DNA of 64,000 nt from an uncultured delta proteobacterium (lineage in GTDB: Bacteria > Desulfobacterota > Binatia > UBA9968): NCBI GenBank assembly GCA_963737905.1, contig CAVTUQ010000010.1:64001-128000 (forward strand). Direction: 5' to 3'. Positions 28,623-39,044 of the stretch are shown here, piece after piece. The notes beneath the pieces were generated by a model. The model saw nothing but the letters and a program-made list of their open reading frames with translations. It was not told the origin of the DNA and did not search any database. The stretch's first letter is position 1. Every line of letters starts with the position of its first letter. Made by a program: the position numbers and the translations under genes.

Positions 28623-30104
28623 TCATGCATGTAACCGGAAGAAGTGGCAGTTCCAGGCTTTCAGGTCAACGTACAGCCCGGGGTCGTGCATCTCATCTCC
28701 ATTCCGTTCATAGGTCTGGCCGGATAAAACGTCGACCAAGCGCCAGGTTTTTCCTCGTAACTCGTTCCAAGGCACTTGAACAACGGCCTGTGCAGCGCTG
28801 TCACTGAGATTGACTATGATGAGATAACGCTCCTCGTCCTTGACCCAGCTCCATGCGATGAGATTTTGATAGCTCGAATTATCCGGCCAGCCCGTGCGCT
28901 TGCAGAGAGCCCATCGACCGTCCCGGAACACCGGGGTATTAATGGCGTCCAGGAGCCAGTGATAAAAAATCTGCAATGTTTTATCGGGGATCTCCGGAGG
29001 GCGTCTGCCGAGAAAGACCGGGACTCTAACCTTTCGTCCCTCAAATTGGCCTTCATGGAAGAGTCTCGCTCCCGGCAGGGTAGAGGTCGTTATCACAGCC
29101 GCCCGCTCCTTCGCTGTTACGAACGTCGCGGCGGCACGGGGTTCGTCGTGGTTTTCGATGAAACGAAGGAGCTTCGCCTGGTAGGCAAGCTCGGCGCAGA
29201 GATGAAGCCGCACACTTTCCGCATTGTCGTGCTCCAGACGGTCATAGAGCCGCTTGTCGTAACAAAAGTCGAACCCCTGTTGCTGCAGCTCCCACTCGAG
29301 GTCCCAGTAAGCCTCGGCAACAAACAGGAAGTCGGGATAAGTTTTCTTGACGGTAGGAATCAGGTCGCGCCAGTATTCCGTTGCCGGCCGTTTTCCCACC
29401 CGGCTGCCCCAGGTGCGTTCGAAGATGGAATTCAGCAGAAGCATCGCCATATCGCAGCGAATGCCGTCGCATTGGCCGGCGATACTCAAAACGGTTTCGC
29501 GAACGGCCTGACGAAGCTCGGGTTGGAAGGCATTCAGCTGCAGCACATCCTGCCAGGCCGGAAAATAAGGATCGCGTCCGTATGCGAAAACATGTCCGCC
29601 TAAGTTAATAAAGGACGCAGGATCAATCTTCGCATCGTCAAGATTGCCTTGAACGAAGTAGTTGGGATGGACAATGACCCAAGGATGGTCCGGTGCCACG
29701 TGGTTGGGGACAAAATCGAGAATCAGTCGGATACCTCTCTTCGCCAGTTCCTGGCGAGCCACGGAAAGTCCTTCCGGCCCGCCCAGCTGTTTGTCAACCA
29801 CGTAGCGGCGAACACAATAAGCCGATCCCACATTGTCCTGGGGACGAAAATCGGGCAATGCCCGCTTAAAATCCTCAAGCAGACTTTGGTTCCGATTGGC
29901 AATCGCGATGCCGGCGGGGCTGCGCTCCCAAACCCCCATCAGCCACACCGCATCGAATCCGTGTGCGGCGAGCGCATCCCATTCAGCTGCCGGTACCGAG
30001 CTTAGGGTGACGGAGGTTCCCGCTCTTGTGCTTAGCTCAGAAAGCCAGACCCAAGTATTGATCTCGTAGATAGTTGGATTTCGGGCCCAATTGGACACGT
30101 TCAA
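28623..30104 (-). CDS. GH13 alpha-amylase-family glycosidase
   Basis: LDFVPNH, DGIRCDMA (nucleophile), AEAYW (acid/base), ENHDE. TTG start. Confidence 0.9.
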   Translation of the reverse strand: MNVSNWARNPTIYEINTWVWLSELSTRAGTSVTLSSVPAAEWDALAAHGFDAVWLMGVWERSPAGIAIANRNQSLLEDFKRALPDFRPQDNVGSAYCVRRYVVDKQLGGPEGLSVARQELAKRGIRLILDFVPNHVAPDHPWVIVHPNYFVQGNLDDAKIDPASFINLGGHVFAYGRDPYFPAWQDVLQLNAFQPELRQAVRETVLSIAGQCDGIRCDMAMLLLNSIFERTWGSRVGKRPATEYWRDLIPTVKKTYPDFLFVAEAYWDLEWELQQQGFDFCYDKRLYDRLEHDNAESVRLHLCAELAYQAKLLRFIENHDEPRAAATFVTAKERAAVITTSTLPGARLFHEGQFEGRKVRVPVFLGRRPPEIPDKTLQIFYHWLLDAINTPVFRDGRWALCKRTGWPDNSSYQNLIAWSWVKDEERYLIIVNLSDSAAQAVVQVPWNELRGKTWRLVDVLSGQTYERNGDEMHDPGLYVDLKAWNCHFFRLHA

Positions 30105-30115
30105 ATACCTCTTCC

Positions 30116-32854
30116 TTACTTCTTGGTGAATGCGGCGACTCTGCCCATCTCGAGGAAGTGAGCGCCGTCGAGCCGACCGAATAACTCAATCATCGTCGCC
30201 ACGAGACCCGTCCAACCGGTCTGGTGACTCGCCCCGAGACCCGCGCCGTTGTCGCCGTGGAAATACTCGTAGAACAGCAGATGATCTCTCCAGTGGGGAT
30301 CCGTCTGGAACTTTTCCGTCCCGCCGTATACCGGACGCTGGCCAGAGTCATTTCGGAGAAAGATTCGTGTCAAACGATGGGTGATCTCCTGCGCCACCTC
30401 GAACAGGTTCATCAACCGGCCGGTGCCGGTGGGACATTCGATCTTGAAGGTATCACCGTAGTAGAGGTAAAAGTTCAGTAATGCGCGGATGATCAGCGCG
30501 TTCACCGGCATCCAGATCGGCCCGCGCCAGTTCGAGTTGCCGCCGAACATGCCGCTGTCGGATTCGGCGGGGAGATAACTTACCTCGTGATCCTGCCCCT
30601 CCGCGTTGAATACATACGGATGATCTTTATGGTAACGCGATAGCGACCGGATGCCGTAGCGGCTCAGGAACTCGTCCTCATCGAGCATTCGCGTAAGGAT
30701 GCGGCGCAGCCGCTCGGGATTGACGACCGCGAGAATGCCGCGGTCGCCGTATCCGCGGTGTCCCTGGCCCGTCGGGTGGATACCCTGCAGCAGTTCGGGC
30801 ATCCGCCGGATCCGCTCGCTGAAGTGCGCCAATAGCCGCGGTAACCGCTCGCGCTGCCAAGGCTCAATCACGGTGGTGGCGCACAGCGGCAATAGGCCGA
30901 CCATCGAGCGCACCTTAAGACGGATGGCGCGACCATCGGGCAAGCGCAGGACGTCGTAATAGAACCCATCCTCCTCGTCCCACATGCCGTCCTGACCGAC
31001 GTGGTTCATCGCCCTCCCGATCCACAGGAAATGCTCGACAAACTTCATCGCCAGATCTTCATAGGTCGTGTCGTAGGCCGCAATCTCTACGCCGATATCG
31101 AGCATGTTTTGGCAGAAGAGCGCCATCCAGGCGGTGCCGTCGGCCTGTTCGAGATGGCCGCCGGTTGGCAGCGACGCTGAGCGATCGAAGACGCCGATGT
31201 TGTCGAGACCCAGAAAGCCGCCTTCGAAGACGTTTTTCCCGAAGCGGTCCTTACGATTGACCCACCAGGTGAAGTTGGCCAGTAACTTGCCGAAAGACCG
31301 CTTCATGAACTCGACGTCCCCCTGGCCGCGCAATGCCTGCTCCACGCGATAAAGAAAGATCGTGGCCCAGGCGTGCACGGGCGGGTTTACATCTCCGAAG
31401 TTCCACTCGTAAGCCGGGATCTGCCCGCTCGGGTGGAGGTAGAACGCGCGCAGCATCAGCTCGAGCTGCTCCTTGGCAAAATCCACGTCCACTTCCGCGA
31501 GCGCGATGGTGTGAAAGGCGAGGTCCCAGGCCGCGTACCAGGGGTACTCCCACTTGTCGGGCATGGAGATCACGTGGTCGTTGATCATGTGCACCCATTC
31601 GCGGTTGCGCACCGGCCGGCTCTGCGCGGCAAACGGATCCACGCCGTGCTCTTCGAGCCACTTGTCGACGTCGAAGAAATAGTACTGCTTGCTCCAGAGC
31701 ATGCCCCCCAGGGCTTGCCGCATGATGTTGGCAGCGTCTTCGCTCACTGAGCTCGGCGTGATGCACCGATAGAATTCATCCGCCTCGTTTCGGCGCGTTC
31801 TCAATATCGCATCGAAATCGCTGCCAAAGGGCTCTTCCTTCAGCGCCTCAGGCGCTAGATCCGTTAGGCGCAGCTGAATTTCAGTCTCGGCCCCGCCGGG
31901 CACAGTTATCTGGTAATGGGCGGCGGCTTTGGTTCCGGTGCGGTCTGGATTCACCGCCTCCTGCCGACCGTGGATGACGTAATCATTGATGCCGTCTTTT
32001 ACAAAGCGCCCTTCATTCGGTGAGCCAAAAAGGACTTGATGGTTGGTCTCGTTCTCGGTGAAAAACATCGGTGCAGGTCCTTTGCAATAAAGAAACCGCT
32101 CGCCTAATTCCGAATGGGAGGCCGAGACGGCGCTCATGCCATGGACTCCTTCGATCTGCCGAAGCCGCGGCTTGGCAGTTCCTCCTTGCGATGACCATGT
32201 GCGACGGAACCATAATGTCGGCAGCACATGAAGCAGCGCAGTGTCCGGGCCGCGATTGGCCACCGTAATTTTGATCAAGATATCCTCGGGTGCCGCTTTG
32301 GCATATTCGACAAACACGTCGAAGTAGCGGTCCTCATCGAAAACACCCGTATCCAGCAATTCATACTCAAGCTCGTTGCGCGAGCGCTGCCGGTTGGTTT
32401 CCACCAGGTCCGCGTACGGATATGGCTTCTGCGGGTACTTGTATAGCCATTTCATGTAGGAATGGGTCGGTGTCGAATCGAGATAGAAATAATACTCTTT
32501 GACGTCCTCGCCGTGGTTGCCCTCCGAATTAGTGAGGCCAAAGAGTCGCTCTTTGAGAATCGGATCCTTGCCATTCCATAGGGCCAGCGCAAAGCACAGA
32601 CGCTGCCCGTCGTCGGAGAGACCGGCCAAACCGTCCTCGCCCCAGCGGTAGGCGCGGGAGCGCGCCTGATCGTGGCTGAAGTAGTTCCAGGCGTCGCCGT
32701 TTTCACTGTAGTCCTCGCGAACGGTGCCCCATTGGCGCTCGCTCAAATACGGACCCCACTTCCGCCAGGGGATACCGCGCTCCCGGGCCTCCGCGAGGCG
32801 CTCCGTCTCGGCTCCGGCTTGTTCGGCTGTTAGGGTTGATGTTGGTGATTTCAT
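30116..32854 (-). CDS. GH63/MGH1-like glucosidase
   Basis: WGPYLSERQWGTVREDYS, MPDKWEYPWYAAWDLAF, NSNWRGPIW, GASHQTGWTG. Confidence 0.92.
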   Translation of the reverse strand: MKSPTSTLTAEQAGAETERLAEARERGIPWRKWGPYLSERQWGTVREDYSENGDAWNYFSHDQARSRAYRWGEDGLAGLSDDGQRLCFALALWNGKDPILKERLFGLTNSEGNHGEDVKEYYFYLDSTPTHSYMKWLYKYPQKPYPYADLVETNRQRSRNELEYELLDTGVFDEDRYFDVFVEYAKAAPEDILIKITVANRGPDTALLHVLPTLWFRRTWSSQGGTAKPRLRQIEGVHGMSAVSASHSELGERFLYCKGPAPMFFTENETNHQVLFGSPNEGRFVKDGINDYVIHGRQEAVNPDRTGTKAAAHYQITVPGGAETEIQLRLTDLAPEALKEEPFGSDFDAILRTRRNEADEFYRCITPSSVSEDAANIMRQALGGMLWSKQYYFFDVDKWLEEHGVDPFAAQSRPVRNREWVHMINDHVISMPDKWEYPWYAAWDLAFHTIALAEVDVDFAKEQLELMLRAFYLHPSGQIPAYEWNFGDVNPPVHAWATIFLYRVEQALRGQGDVEFMKRSFGKLLANFTWWVNRKDRFGKNVFEGGFLGLDNIGVFDRSASLPTGGHLEQADGTAWMALFCQNMLDIGVEIAAYDTTYEDLAMKFVEHFLWIGRAMNHVGQDGMWDEEDGFYYDVLRLPDGRAIRLKVRSMVGLLPLCATTVIEPWQRERLPRLLAHFSERIRRMPELLQGIHPTGQGHRGYGDRGILAVVNPERLRRILTRMLDEDEFLSRYGIRSLSRYHKDHPYVFNAEGQDHEVSYLPAESDSGMFGGNSNWRGPIWMPVNALIIRALLNFYLYYGDTFKIECPTGTGRLMNLFEVAQEITHRLTRIFLRNDSGQRPVYGGTEKFQTDPHWRDHLLFYEYFHGDNGAGLGASHQTGWTGLVATMIELFGRLDGAHFLEMGRVAAFTKK

Positions 32855-32979
32855 GGACTTGCTCCTCGAAACAAAGTGTTGTTGTGCTCGGTGTTTTATT
32901 ACAGCATAGTAGCCGGGTGAAAATGAAAGAGGAAAAAAGTGAGGCGTAGCCAGGTCTTCAAATTATTGTTGATTCCTTC

Positions 32980-33652
32980 TCATGTTGCCGACCCGCCGAT
33001 GGTCTTTCCATAGGTTTGAATAGCTTCCACTACACCATGAAAGATGAGTCCCATACCCATGCTAGCGACAAAAAAGCCGACAATGCGCGTGGCCGCGTCT
33101 ATCCCCTTAGGGCCGATGCGGCTGAGAACTGTCTTGGCGTAGGCTAGAAATAGATAGGTGACGAACATCGTAGCCACAATGGCAAGACAGATGGCAACAG
33201 CGGAGGCGAATACAAATTCGGAGTGTTTCACCGTCGAAGTCATGCCAAGGATGGTCGCGATGGCTCCCGGTCCAAACATGATCGGCATGGCAAGGGGCAC
33301 GAAGGCGACGTCTTCATCTTTGGCGCCCGAGCCGCTTGCGACACTAGCCCAGCGATGCACCCGAGGACGAAGGTGAAAACAGGTCGAAGCCGATGCGCAT
33401 CAGGATGATGCCGCCGACAATCCGGACCATGCTCAGTGGAACGCCGAAAATCCACAGTATCAGATGCCCAAAGAAGAGAAAGAAAAATGCCAGGAGCAGG
33501 GCGTAGAAGCAAGATAGGCGCGCGACCCGTTGATGTTCGTCTTCGTCCTTGCCTTCAAGAAGCTCGAGAAAGACCGGCAGGGCCTCCAGCGGATTAATAA
33601 TCGCCAGCAGAGTTGTGAACATACCAACAAAGAGTGTCAGCTCTTGGCTCAT
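32980..33652 (-). CDS. MarC family membrane protein (1-bp frameshift near 33349)
   Basis: AIINPL...F, RIVGGIIL, AFVPLAMP..FGPGAIAT. Removing one G joins the two ORFs. Confidence 0.88.
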
Positions 33653-33685
33653 AATTGATCCCCAAAGGAATAGGTGGATTGATTG

Positions 33686-34021
33686 CTATCGCTGTTGCTG
33701 CGCCTTGAGTTGCTGGAGCTCTCTGCTCTGCTGCTCGATTTGAGCTTGCTGAGCCGACAATTGCTGTTGCACGGCTTGTTCCTGTTTTTGCCGCGCCTGC
33801 ATCTGGTCGCCGATCAAGGCGCCGCCGATCAACCCTACGGCAGCGCCGATGCCGGCGCCGGCGCCGGCATGCCCTGTAGCGCTGCCGATGATGGCGCCTA
33901 AGCCGGCCCCGGTCAGAGTTCCGATGCCGGCGCCCTTCTCCCTCGTTGTCAGAGGCTCCGAGCAGCCGAGAAAAAATGTCGCCAAAGAAATGACTAAAAC
34001 CGTCGTGAGAGTCCTCTGCAT
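33686..34021 (-). CDS. Glycine-zipper lipoprotein (paralogue of 16083-16448)
   Basis: FLGC lipobox, PLTTREKGAGIG...GALIGDQMQ, Gln-rich tail. Confidence 0.85.
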   Translation of the reverse strand: MQRTLTTVLVISLATFFLGCSEPLTTREKGAGIGTLTGAGLGAIIGSATGHAGAGAGIGAAVGLIGGALIGDQMQARQKQEQAVQQQLSAQQAQIEQQSRELQQLKAQQQR

Positions 34022-34060
34022 ATCCCGCTCCTTACTGAGTTCGATGCGTCTATCCGATTG

Positions 34061-34507
34061 TCATTTTGCCGGACTCTTTGCCGGCGCTCCCTTGGAGGGA
34101 TCGACTTTTATGCGATTCGCATGCAACTCTTGAGCAATCGCAACGATGGCTTCAGCAACACGCTTGTTGGGATTGGCCCGGCAGTACTTTTCGATCCGTT
34201 CTTGCAATTGGTCTATGGTAACGGTTCCGACGACGTCAAAGGTGTCCGTGACATAAAAATTGTGCGCGGTGAAAAACCCCGCTACCCAATGCTCGATGAT
34301 CACATCGGCGATTTCGTACTGCTCGGGTGTAAAATTCTCCAGGCGCTTTTCCGAAAACTTAAGGTAGTCGGCGCAGGACCTGGAGCCGACCCCGAGAGCG
34401 AAATACCGACCGTTACTGTCGATGGCCAGCACGTTAGATAGCCACCCTGAAATTAAAAAAACTGCAAGTAGCCCAACCGTCACTAATCTAGAAAGCTTAA
34501 TTCTCAT
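34061..34507 (-). CDS. Secreted hypothetical protein
   Basis: Signal peptide, G.G..SC..Y...W..GF.TA.N...YC..NP two-Cys pattern; RBS GGAGG. Confidence 0.7.
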   Translation of the reverse strand: MRIKLSRLVTVGLLAVFLISGWLSNVLAIDSNGRYFALGVGSRSCADYLKFSEKRLENFTPEQYEIADVIIEHWVAGFFTAHNFYVTDTFDVVGTVTIDQLQERIEKYCRANPNKRVAEAIVAIAQELHANRIKVDPSKGAPAKSPAK

Positions 34508-34609
34508 AGGATTCCTCCGCTGACTCAAAGATTCTTTCTGCTTAAAGCTGCTAAAATTTTTCCGGCACGATGTCCATTCTAGACTAGTCGGTTCGAGATT
34601 TAACCAATT

Positions 34610-35236
34610 TTAGGGCTTTTTCCCGCTGCCAATCGCGCTGATAGCGCCAGCAATTTCTCGGCTCAGATCGGCCACGGTTTCACTCAGCGCGGCCACAGAC
34701 GCTTCGGTGGACTTATCTTTCGCCAGATGAGTCAAATATGATTCCTTGAGGCTGATGGTCTTTTTTGCACTGTCCATGATGCTCCAACGGGCCCGCAACT
34801 CGACGGCTTGCTCCGCATTGGGCTCGAAACGGAGCACTTCCACCTGGACTTGATAGGTGGGCCGTTGGTTTCTTTCCCAGGGGAAAGCGACAATTCTGTC
34901 GGTCTGAAGCAGGATTGACAAATTTTGCGAGAGGACCTGCGAAAAATTTTCTTCCAGTGGTTCCGCCCAACGATCGTTCTCAGCAACCGCAAACCGGTTT
35001 TGGGATATTCGCGTGACGAGCTGTTGACGATCAAGATATCCTGGAAACTTGATCGGGCCCATGCCCAGGGCAAGCGCGTCGGTTCCAGCGGCATCCTGCG
35101 CTCGCTGGCCCGCGCGCGGCAGAGGAGCCAATGCGAAAAACCTTGACGGGTCGGGTTTCGGACCGAGAGAAGCACAACCCGCTGGAATGAGGCACAAGAG
35201 CAAGAGTGTTAAAGGAAGTTCTTTCCAGGAATGCAT
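34610..35236 (-). CDS. PqiC-family lipoprotein (ABC auxiliary component)
   Basis: PAGC lipobox, P.YLDR.QLV, RWAEPL. Confidence 0.88.
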   Translation of the reverse strand: MHSWKELPLTLLLLCLIPAGCASLGPKPDPSRFFALAPLPRAGQRAQDAAGTDALALGMGPIKFPGYLDRQQLVTRISQNRFAVAENDRWAEPLEENFSQVLSQNLSILLQTDRIVAFPWERNQRPTYQVQVEVLRFEPNAEQAVELRARWSIMDSAKKTISLKESYLTHLAKDKSTEASVAALSETVADLSREIAGAISAIGSGKKP

Positions 35237-36246
35237 CAGTCCTCCTTCGACGCGGGCTTTCCGAAGATGAGGGCTCTCGGGTTGCGTTCCAGGTAACCGG
35301 TAAGAGATCGCAGCGACCGTGCCGCCGCGGAAACTTCTCTGAGGCCTTTTACCAACTCATAGTTAACCGGTGAGTCAAGATCGGTCAGTGTCTCAATGTT
35401 GGTCACTGCTGCCTCTGCGCTTTTCATGGTTGCCGTCGCCTGTTGAAGCGCCTTGTCCGCTTCTTTCAGCGATCCACGAGTGTCGATGGAGGTCTGCTCC
35501 AGATTTGCGGCCAGACTCTTGCTGTTGTTATTTAAGGTCACCGCAAGATCACGAATGCTCAGGACCGCCTCATCGATCTTGGGCACGGTTTGCCGCAGCG
35601 AGCGAATCGTCGCCTCCAATTCCGGGGAATTGACGGTGCGTTTGATGCCATTGACGGTTTCGTCTAGCGAGGCGATCAACCCCTTAAAATCGATCTCCTC
35701 AATTTTGTTCATGATCCGGGTCGCGGCACCTTTGGCCTGCTCCAGGGTGGTGGGCAGGGTTGGTATCTCCGGATATTTGTAATCACCTTTTGTGCTCTGG
35801 ACGAGATTGAACGGAGTGCCTGGAAAAAAATCAAGGGAGATAAAGAGCAGTCCTGTAACCAGGCTCTCCATCTCGAGTTGCCCTCGGAGCCCTCTATCCG
35901 CAATTGCTTTAGTGAGGGCTTCGCGGTCCACCGCAGTGACGGCGGCCTGGGTCGCTCCCCTTGAGGCAAACTTTTCCAGGTCGATTTCGATGATCACGGG
36001 AATCTTAAGTTCCTTGTCTTTTTCGAGCTGTAACCTGATGTCCTTCACCGAGCCGATCTCGACGCCCTTGATCTTCACCGGCGCGCCGATGCGGAGCCCG
36101 TTCACCGAATTGTCGAAATAGAGCACGAACTCTCTAGTCTGACGAAACAGTCGGCCCGAGCCGAATACCAGAATCGCAATCACGATCAAAGCCACGGCTC
36201 CAAGCACAAAGGCGCCAATCACAGCCGGGCTCATTTTCTTATTCAT
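35236..36246 (-). CDS. MlaD/MCE-family protein
   Basis: IGAFVLG, SVNGL.IGAPVK.KGV.IGSV, YLERNP.ALIFGK. Confidence 0.9.
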   Translation of the reverse strand: MNKKMSPAVIGAFVLGAVALIVIAILVFGSGRLFRQTREFVLYFDNSVNGLRIGAPVKIKGVEIGSVKDIRLQLEKDKELKIPVIIEIDLEKFASRGATQAAVTAVDREALTKAIADRGLRGQLEMESLVTGLLFISLDFFPGTPFNLVQSTKGDYKYPEIPTLPTTLEQAKGAATRIMNKIEEIDFKGLIASLDETVNGIKRTVNSPELEATIRSLRQTVPKIDEAVLSIRDLAVTLNNNSKSLAANLEQTSIDTRGSLKEADKALQQATATMKSAEAAVTNIETLTDLDSPVNYELVKGLREVSAAARSLRSLTGYLERNPRALIFGKPASKED

Positions 36247-37025
36247 GACTCCTCCTTCTCTCCTCGACGCAAGAACGCCCGCACCTTGGGATCGGGACAA
36301 TGGGCCAAAAGCTCCTTGGGGTCACCGCTGGCAGTCATGGTCTTGGTGTCGGGATCGAGAAACACGCTGTTGTTACCGATGGTGAAGATGCTGGCGAGCT
36401 CGTGGGTCACCACCACCACCGTCGCTCCCAGACTATCGCGCAGCTCGAGAATCAAATCATCGAGGAGCCGGGAACTGATCGGATCGAGGCCCGCCGACGG
36501 CTCGTCAAAAAATAACACCTCGGGATCGAGTGCCATGGCTCGCGCCAGACCGGCTCTCTTCTGCATGCCGCCGCTGATCTGGGACGGGTAATAATCTTCG
36601 AATCCCTTGAGGCCGACGAGTGCGAGCTTCAGGGACGCCACTTCCCGGATCTCGGTCGGTTTCAAGTCGGTGTACTCTTCCAGCAGCATGCCGATGTTTT
36701 CCGCCAGGGTCATAGAGCTCCACAGGCCTCCGGTCTGGAATAACACCCCCATGCGTCTAAGCAGCTCTTGTCTTTGCTCGAAGTCTGCTTTGGTGAAGTT
36801 TTCATCGCCGTAGAAGATATTCCCTTTCGCCGGCTCGATGAGACCGATCATGTGTCTTAGCAAGGTGCTTTTGCCGCTGCCGCTGCCGCCCATGATGATG
36901 AAGACATCGCCATGATTGACGGTAAAAGTGAGATCGCGCATGAGCACGAAGCTGCCGAAGGCCATGGTCAGATCGCGCACTGTGATATGGGGGCTAGCAC
37001 CATTGGCGTTGATCCCTTCGACCAT
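36243..37025 (-). CDS. MlaF-like ABC ATPase
   Basis: GGSGSGKS, ISGGMQKR, FFDEPSAGLDP. Confidence 0.93.
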   Translation of the reverse strand: MVEGINANGASPHITVRDLTMAFGSFVLMRDLTFTVNHGDVFIIMGGSGSGKSTLLRHMIGLIEPAKGNIFYGDENFTKADFEQRQELLRRMGVLFQTGGLWSSMTLAENIGMLLEEYTDLKPTEIREVASLKLALVGLKGFEDYYPSQISGGMQKRAGLARAMALDPEVLFFDEPSAGLDPISSRLLDDLILELRDSLGATVVVVTHELASIFTIGNNSVFLDPDTKTMTASGDPKELLAHCPDPKVRAFLRRGEKEES

Positions 37026-38159
37026 TCAGATTCCCAAAATATAGAAGACAACGGCGAAGATCCCACAGGCTACGACGATGGCGACGATCCCCGTGACCAC
37101 AGCCGATGTCGCGGCATCCCCGACGGCGGAAGAGCTGTTGCCGCACTGGAGACCCCTCAGGCAACCCGAAAGGGCGATCAGTACGCCGTAGACCGAGGCC
37201 TTGAAGATGCCGCCGAAGAGATCGGTCAGTGAGATGGCATTAGCGGTCTCGTGAAAATAGGTGGTCCAGGAGAGGTCCAGCATAGCGACACCGATGACGG
37301 CGCCCCCGATAACACCGACAAAGTCAGCGTAAAGGCACAACAGCGGCATCATCAAAATGAGCGCCATGACGCGAGGAAGAACCAAAAATTCCAGAGGCGA
37401 AAAGCCGGCGGTGGTGAATGCATCGACTTCCTGGGTGACCTTCATGGTGCCGAGTTGCGCGGCGAAGGCCGCTCCGGTGCGTCCCGCCATGATAATGCCG
37501 GTCATCATCGCGCCCATCTCGCGTATCATGGCAATCCCGACCAAATCCGCCACATAGATTTGGGCGCCAAACTGCTTGAGCTGCACGGCGCCGACGAAGG
37601 CAAGGATCACGCCGACCAAGAAGCTTATCAGTGTAACGATGGGCAGCGCCTGGGCGCCGCACTCCTGCATCAGGAGAAATAGATCCGAGGTTCGATAACG
37701 CGCTTTGAGCCGAACAAGCGCGAAAAAAGTCACGGTCATCTCGCCCAAGAAAGCCAGCATCTCTTTACCGGAACCGGCGAGACCAAGGGCGCTGGTGCCG
37801 AAACGTTCAAGGAACGATGCTTGTGTTACTTCCCTGCGGGCGCCTTTTCTTTCCGGCACCGCTTCGGCAAGAGCGAGAAGCTTTCGCACGCCAACGGGCA
37901 ACCCTTCACGGTCCATGGGGATTCCACGCTGCCGGCATAACTCGGAGACTTCAACCAGAAAAGTTAGAACGCTGCTGTCCCAGGATGTTAATCCTTCGGC
38001 GTCAAAGGTAACTCCATGCACCGTCGAAGGAGGCTCCAACTGGCGCTGGACCAACGTGGCGGAGGGAAGCCCGCCGCGCAAGCGCCAGATACCGCGGAGC
38101 TGAACTTTGAGAGTGAAATTGCCTGATAGATTGAACGATAGTTGACTATTGTTTGCCAT
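37026..38159 (-). CDS. MlaE-family permease with N-terminal STAS-like domain
   Basis: WDSS STAS motif, REMG...AGRTG.AFAAQLGTMKV..E.DA. Confidence 0.9.
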   Translation of the reverse strand: MANNSQLSFNLSGNFTLKVQLRGIWRLRGGLPSATLVQRQLEPPSTVHGVTFDAEGLTSWDSSVLTFLVEVSELCRQRGIPMDREGLPVGVRKLLALAEAVPERKGARREVTQASFLERFGTSALGLAGSGKEMLAFLGEMTVTFFALVRLKARYRTSDLFLLMQECGAQALPIVTLISFLVGVILAFVGAVQLKQFGAQIYVADLVGIAMIREMGAMMTGIIMAGRTGAAFAAQLGTMKVTQEVDAFTTAGFSPLEFLVLPRVMALILMMPLLCLYADFVGVIGGAVIGVAMLDLSWTTYFHETANAISLTDLFGGIFKASVYGVLIALSGCLRGLQCGNSSSAVGDAATSAVVTGIVAIVVACGIFAVVFYILGI

Positions 38160-38472
38160 GCTTAAAACGGGTTCGCATTTGGCGGTAGATTGGCATGTTA
38201 GATAAGCTAATGGAGATACTGAGGGAGTCCCACCCATATTCCATCATTTCCCCGTGCTAGTGTTCCAATATCGCATTTTTCTATCATTCCAGTCTGCTTT
38301 GTTCCAGCACTCCATTATTTCTGGGTCCGTCTGCTCACTGACGCCTGATTTCCACGATCTGTGTCTCATCCTACGAAAACGCCAAGAATTCAGTTTTTGC
38401 TTGGCGCTCTTTGCGGCTTTGCGGGGGGATATCCGATGCGTTTTTATCCCGCAAAGCGTTATCGCCGGTGTA

Positions 38473-38850
38473 CTATTTGAGCGCGACGTGCAGTGTCTTC
38501 ATAAACAATTCGTCGTCGAACGGTTTGCGCAGGAAGGCGACTGCGCCTGCCGCCAGGGCCCGGTCGCGGACTCCGACGTCGTCGTGAGCCGTGATGAAGA
38601 TGACAGGGAGCCGATTGCCGCTGCGGGCTAATCGCTCCTGTACTTCCAGGCCGCTCATCCCGGGCATCTGCACGTCGAGGACCACACAGTCCGGCTGAAA
38701 CGACGGCATCGTCTCGATGAGATCGATGAACTCTCGCCCTGAGCTGAACGCGTCCGCATCCATTCCTAGCGAGCGCACCAACCGCTTCATGGCGCGGCAG
38801 ACGGATTCGTCGTCATCGACAATGGCGATCAGTGGCTTGGACTTACTCAA
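38473..38850 (-). CDS. Stand-alone receiver protein
   Basis: IVDDDESV, LDVQMPG, FITAH, LRKPF. TTG start. Confidence 0.88.
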   Translation of the reverse strand: MSKSKPLIAIVDDDESVCRAMKRLVRSLGMDADAFSSGREFIDLIETMPSFQPDCVVLDVQMPGMSGLEVQERLARSGNRLPVIFITAHDDVGVRDRALAAGAVAFLRKPFDDELFMKTLHVALK

Positions 38851-38937
38851 AGGAAATGCTCTCCGCGCGCTGTCGGTGGCGCGACGCTCTATTTTGGTTA
38901 AGCCGGAATCAATCTAGAGGAGTTCGAGGAGTCTGTA

Positions 38938-38957
38938 TATTGGACCTTAGTCCAATA
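38938..38957. promoter_or_regulatory. Palindromic operator, candidate FixJ-family site
   Basis: TATTGGAC-CTTA-GTCCAATA with perfect 8-bp arms, about 90 bp upstream of the receiver gene. Confidence 0.6.
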
Positions 38958-39044
38958 GGGGAGGGAACGAGCGTCAGATGTCAGGTTTCGGGTTTTACAG
39001 AAGGCCTCTGATCCTGTCACCCGAACGCTGAAACCTGCTATCTT

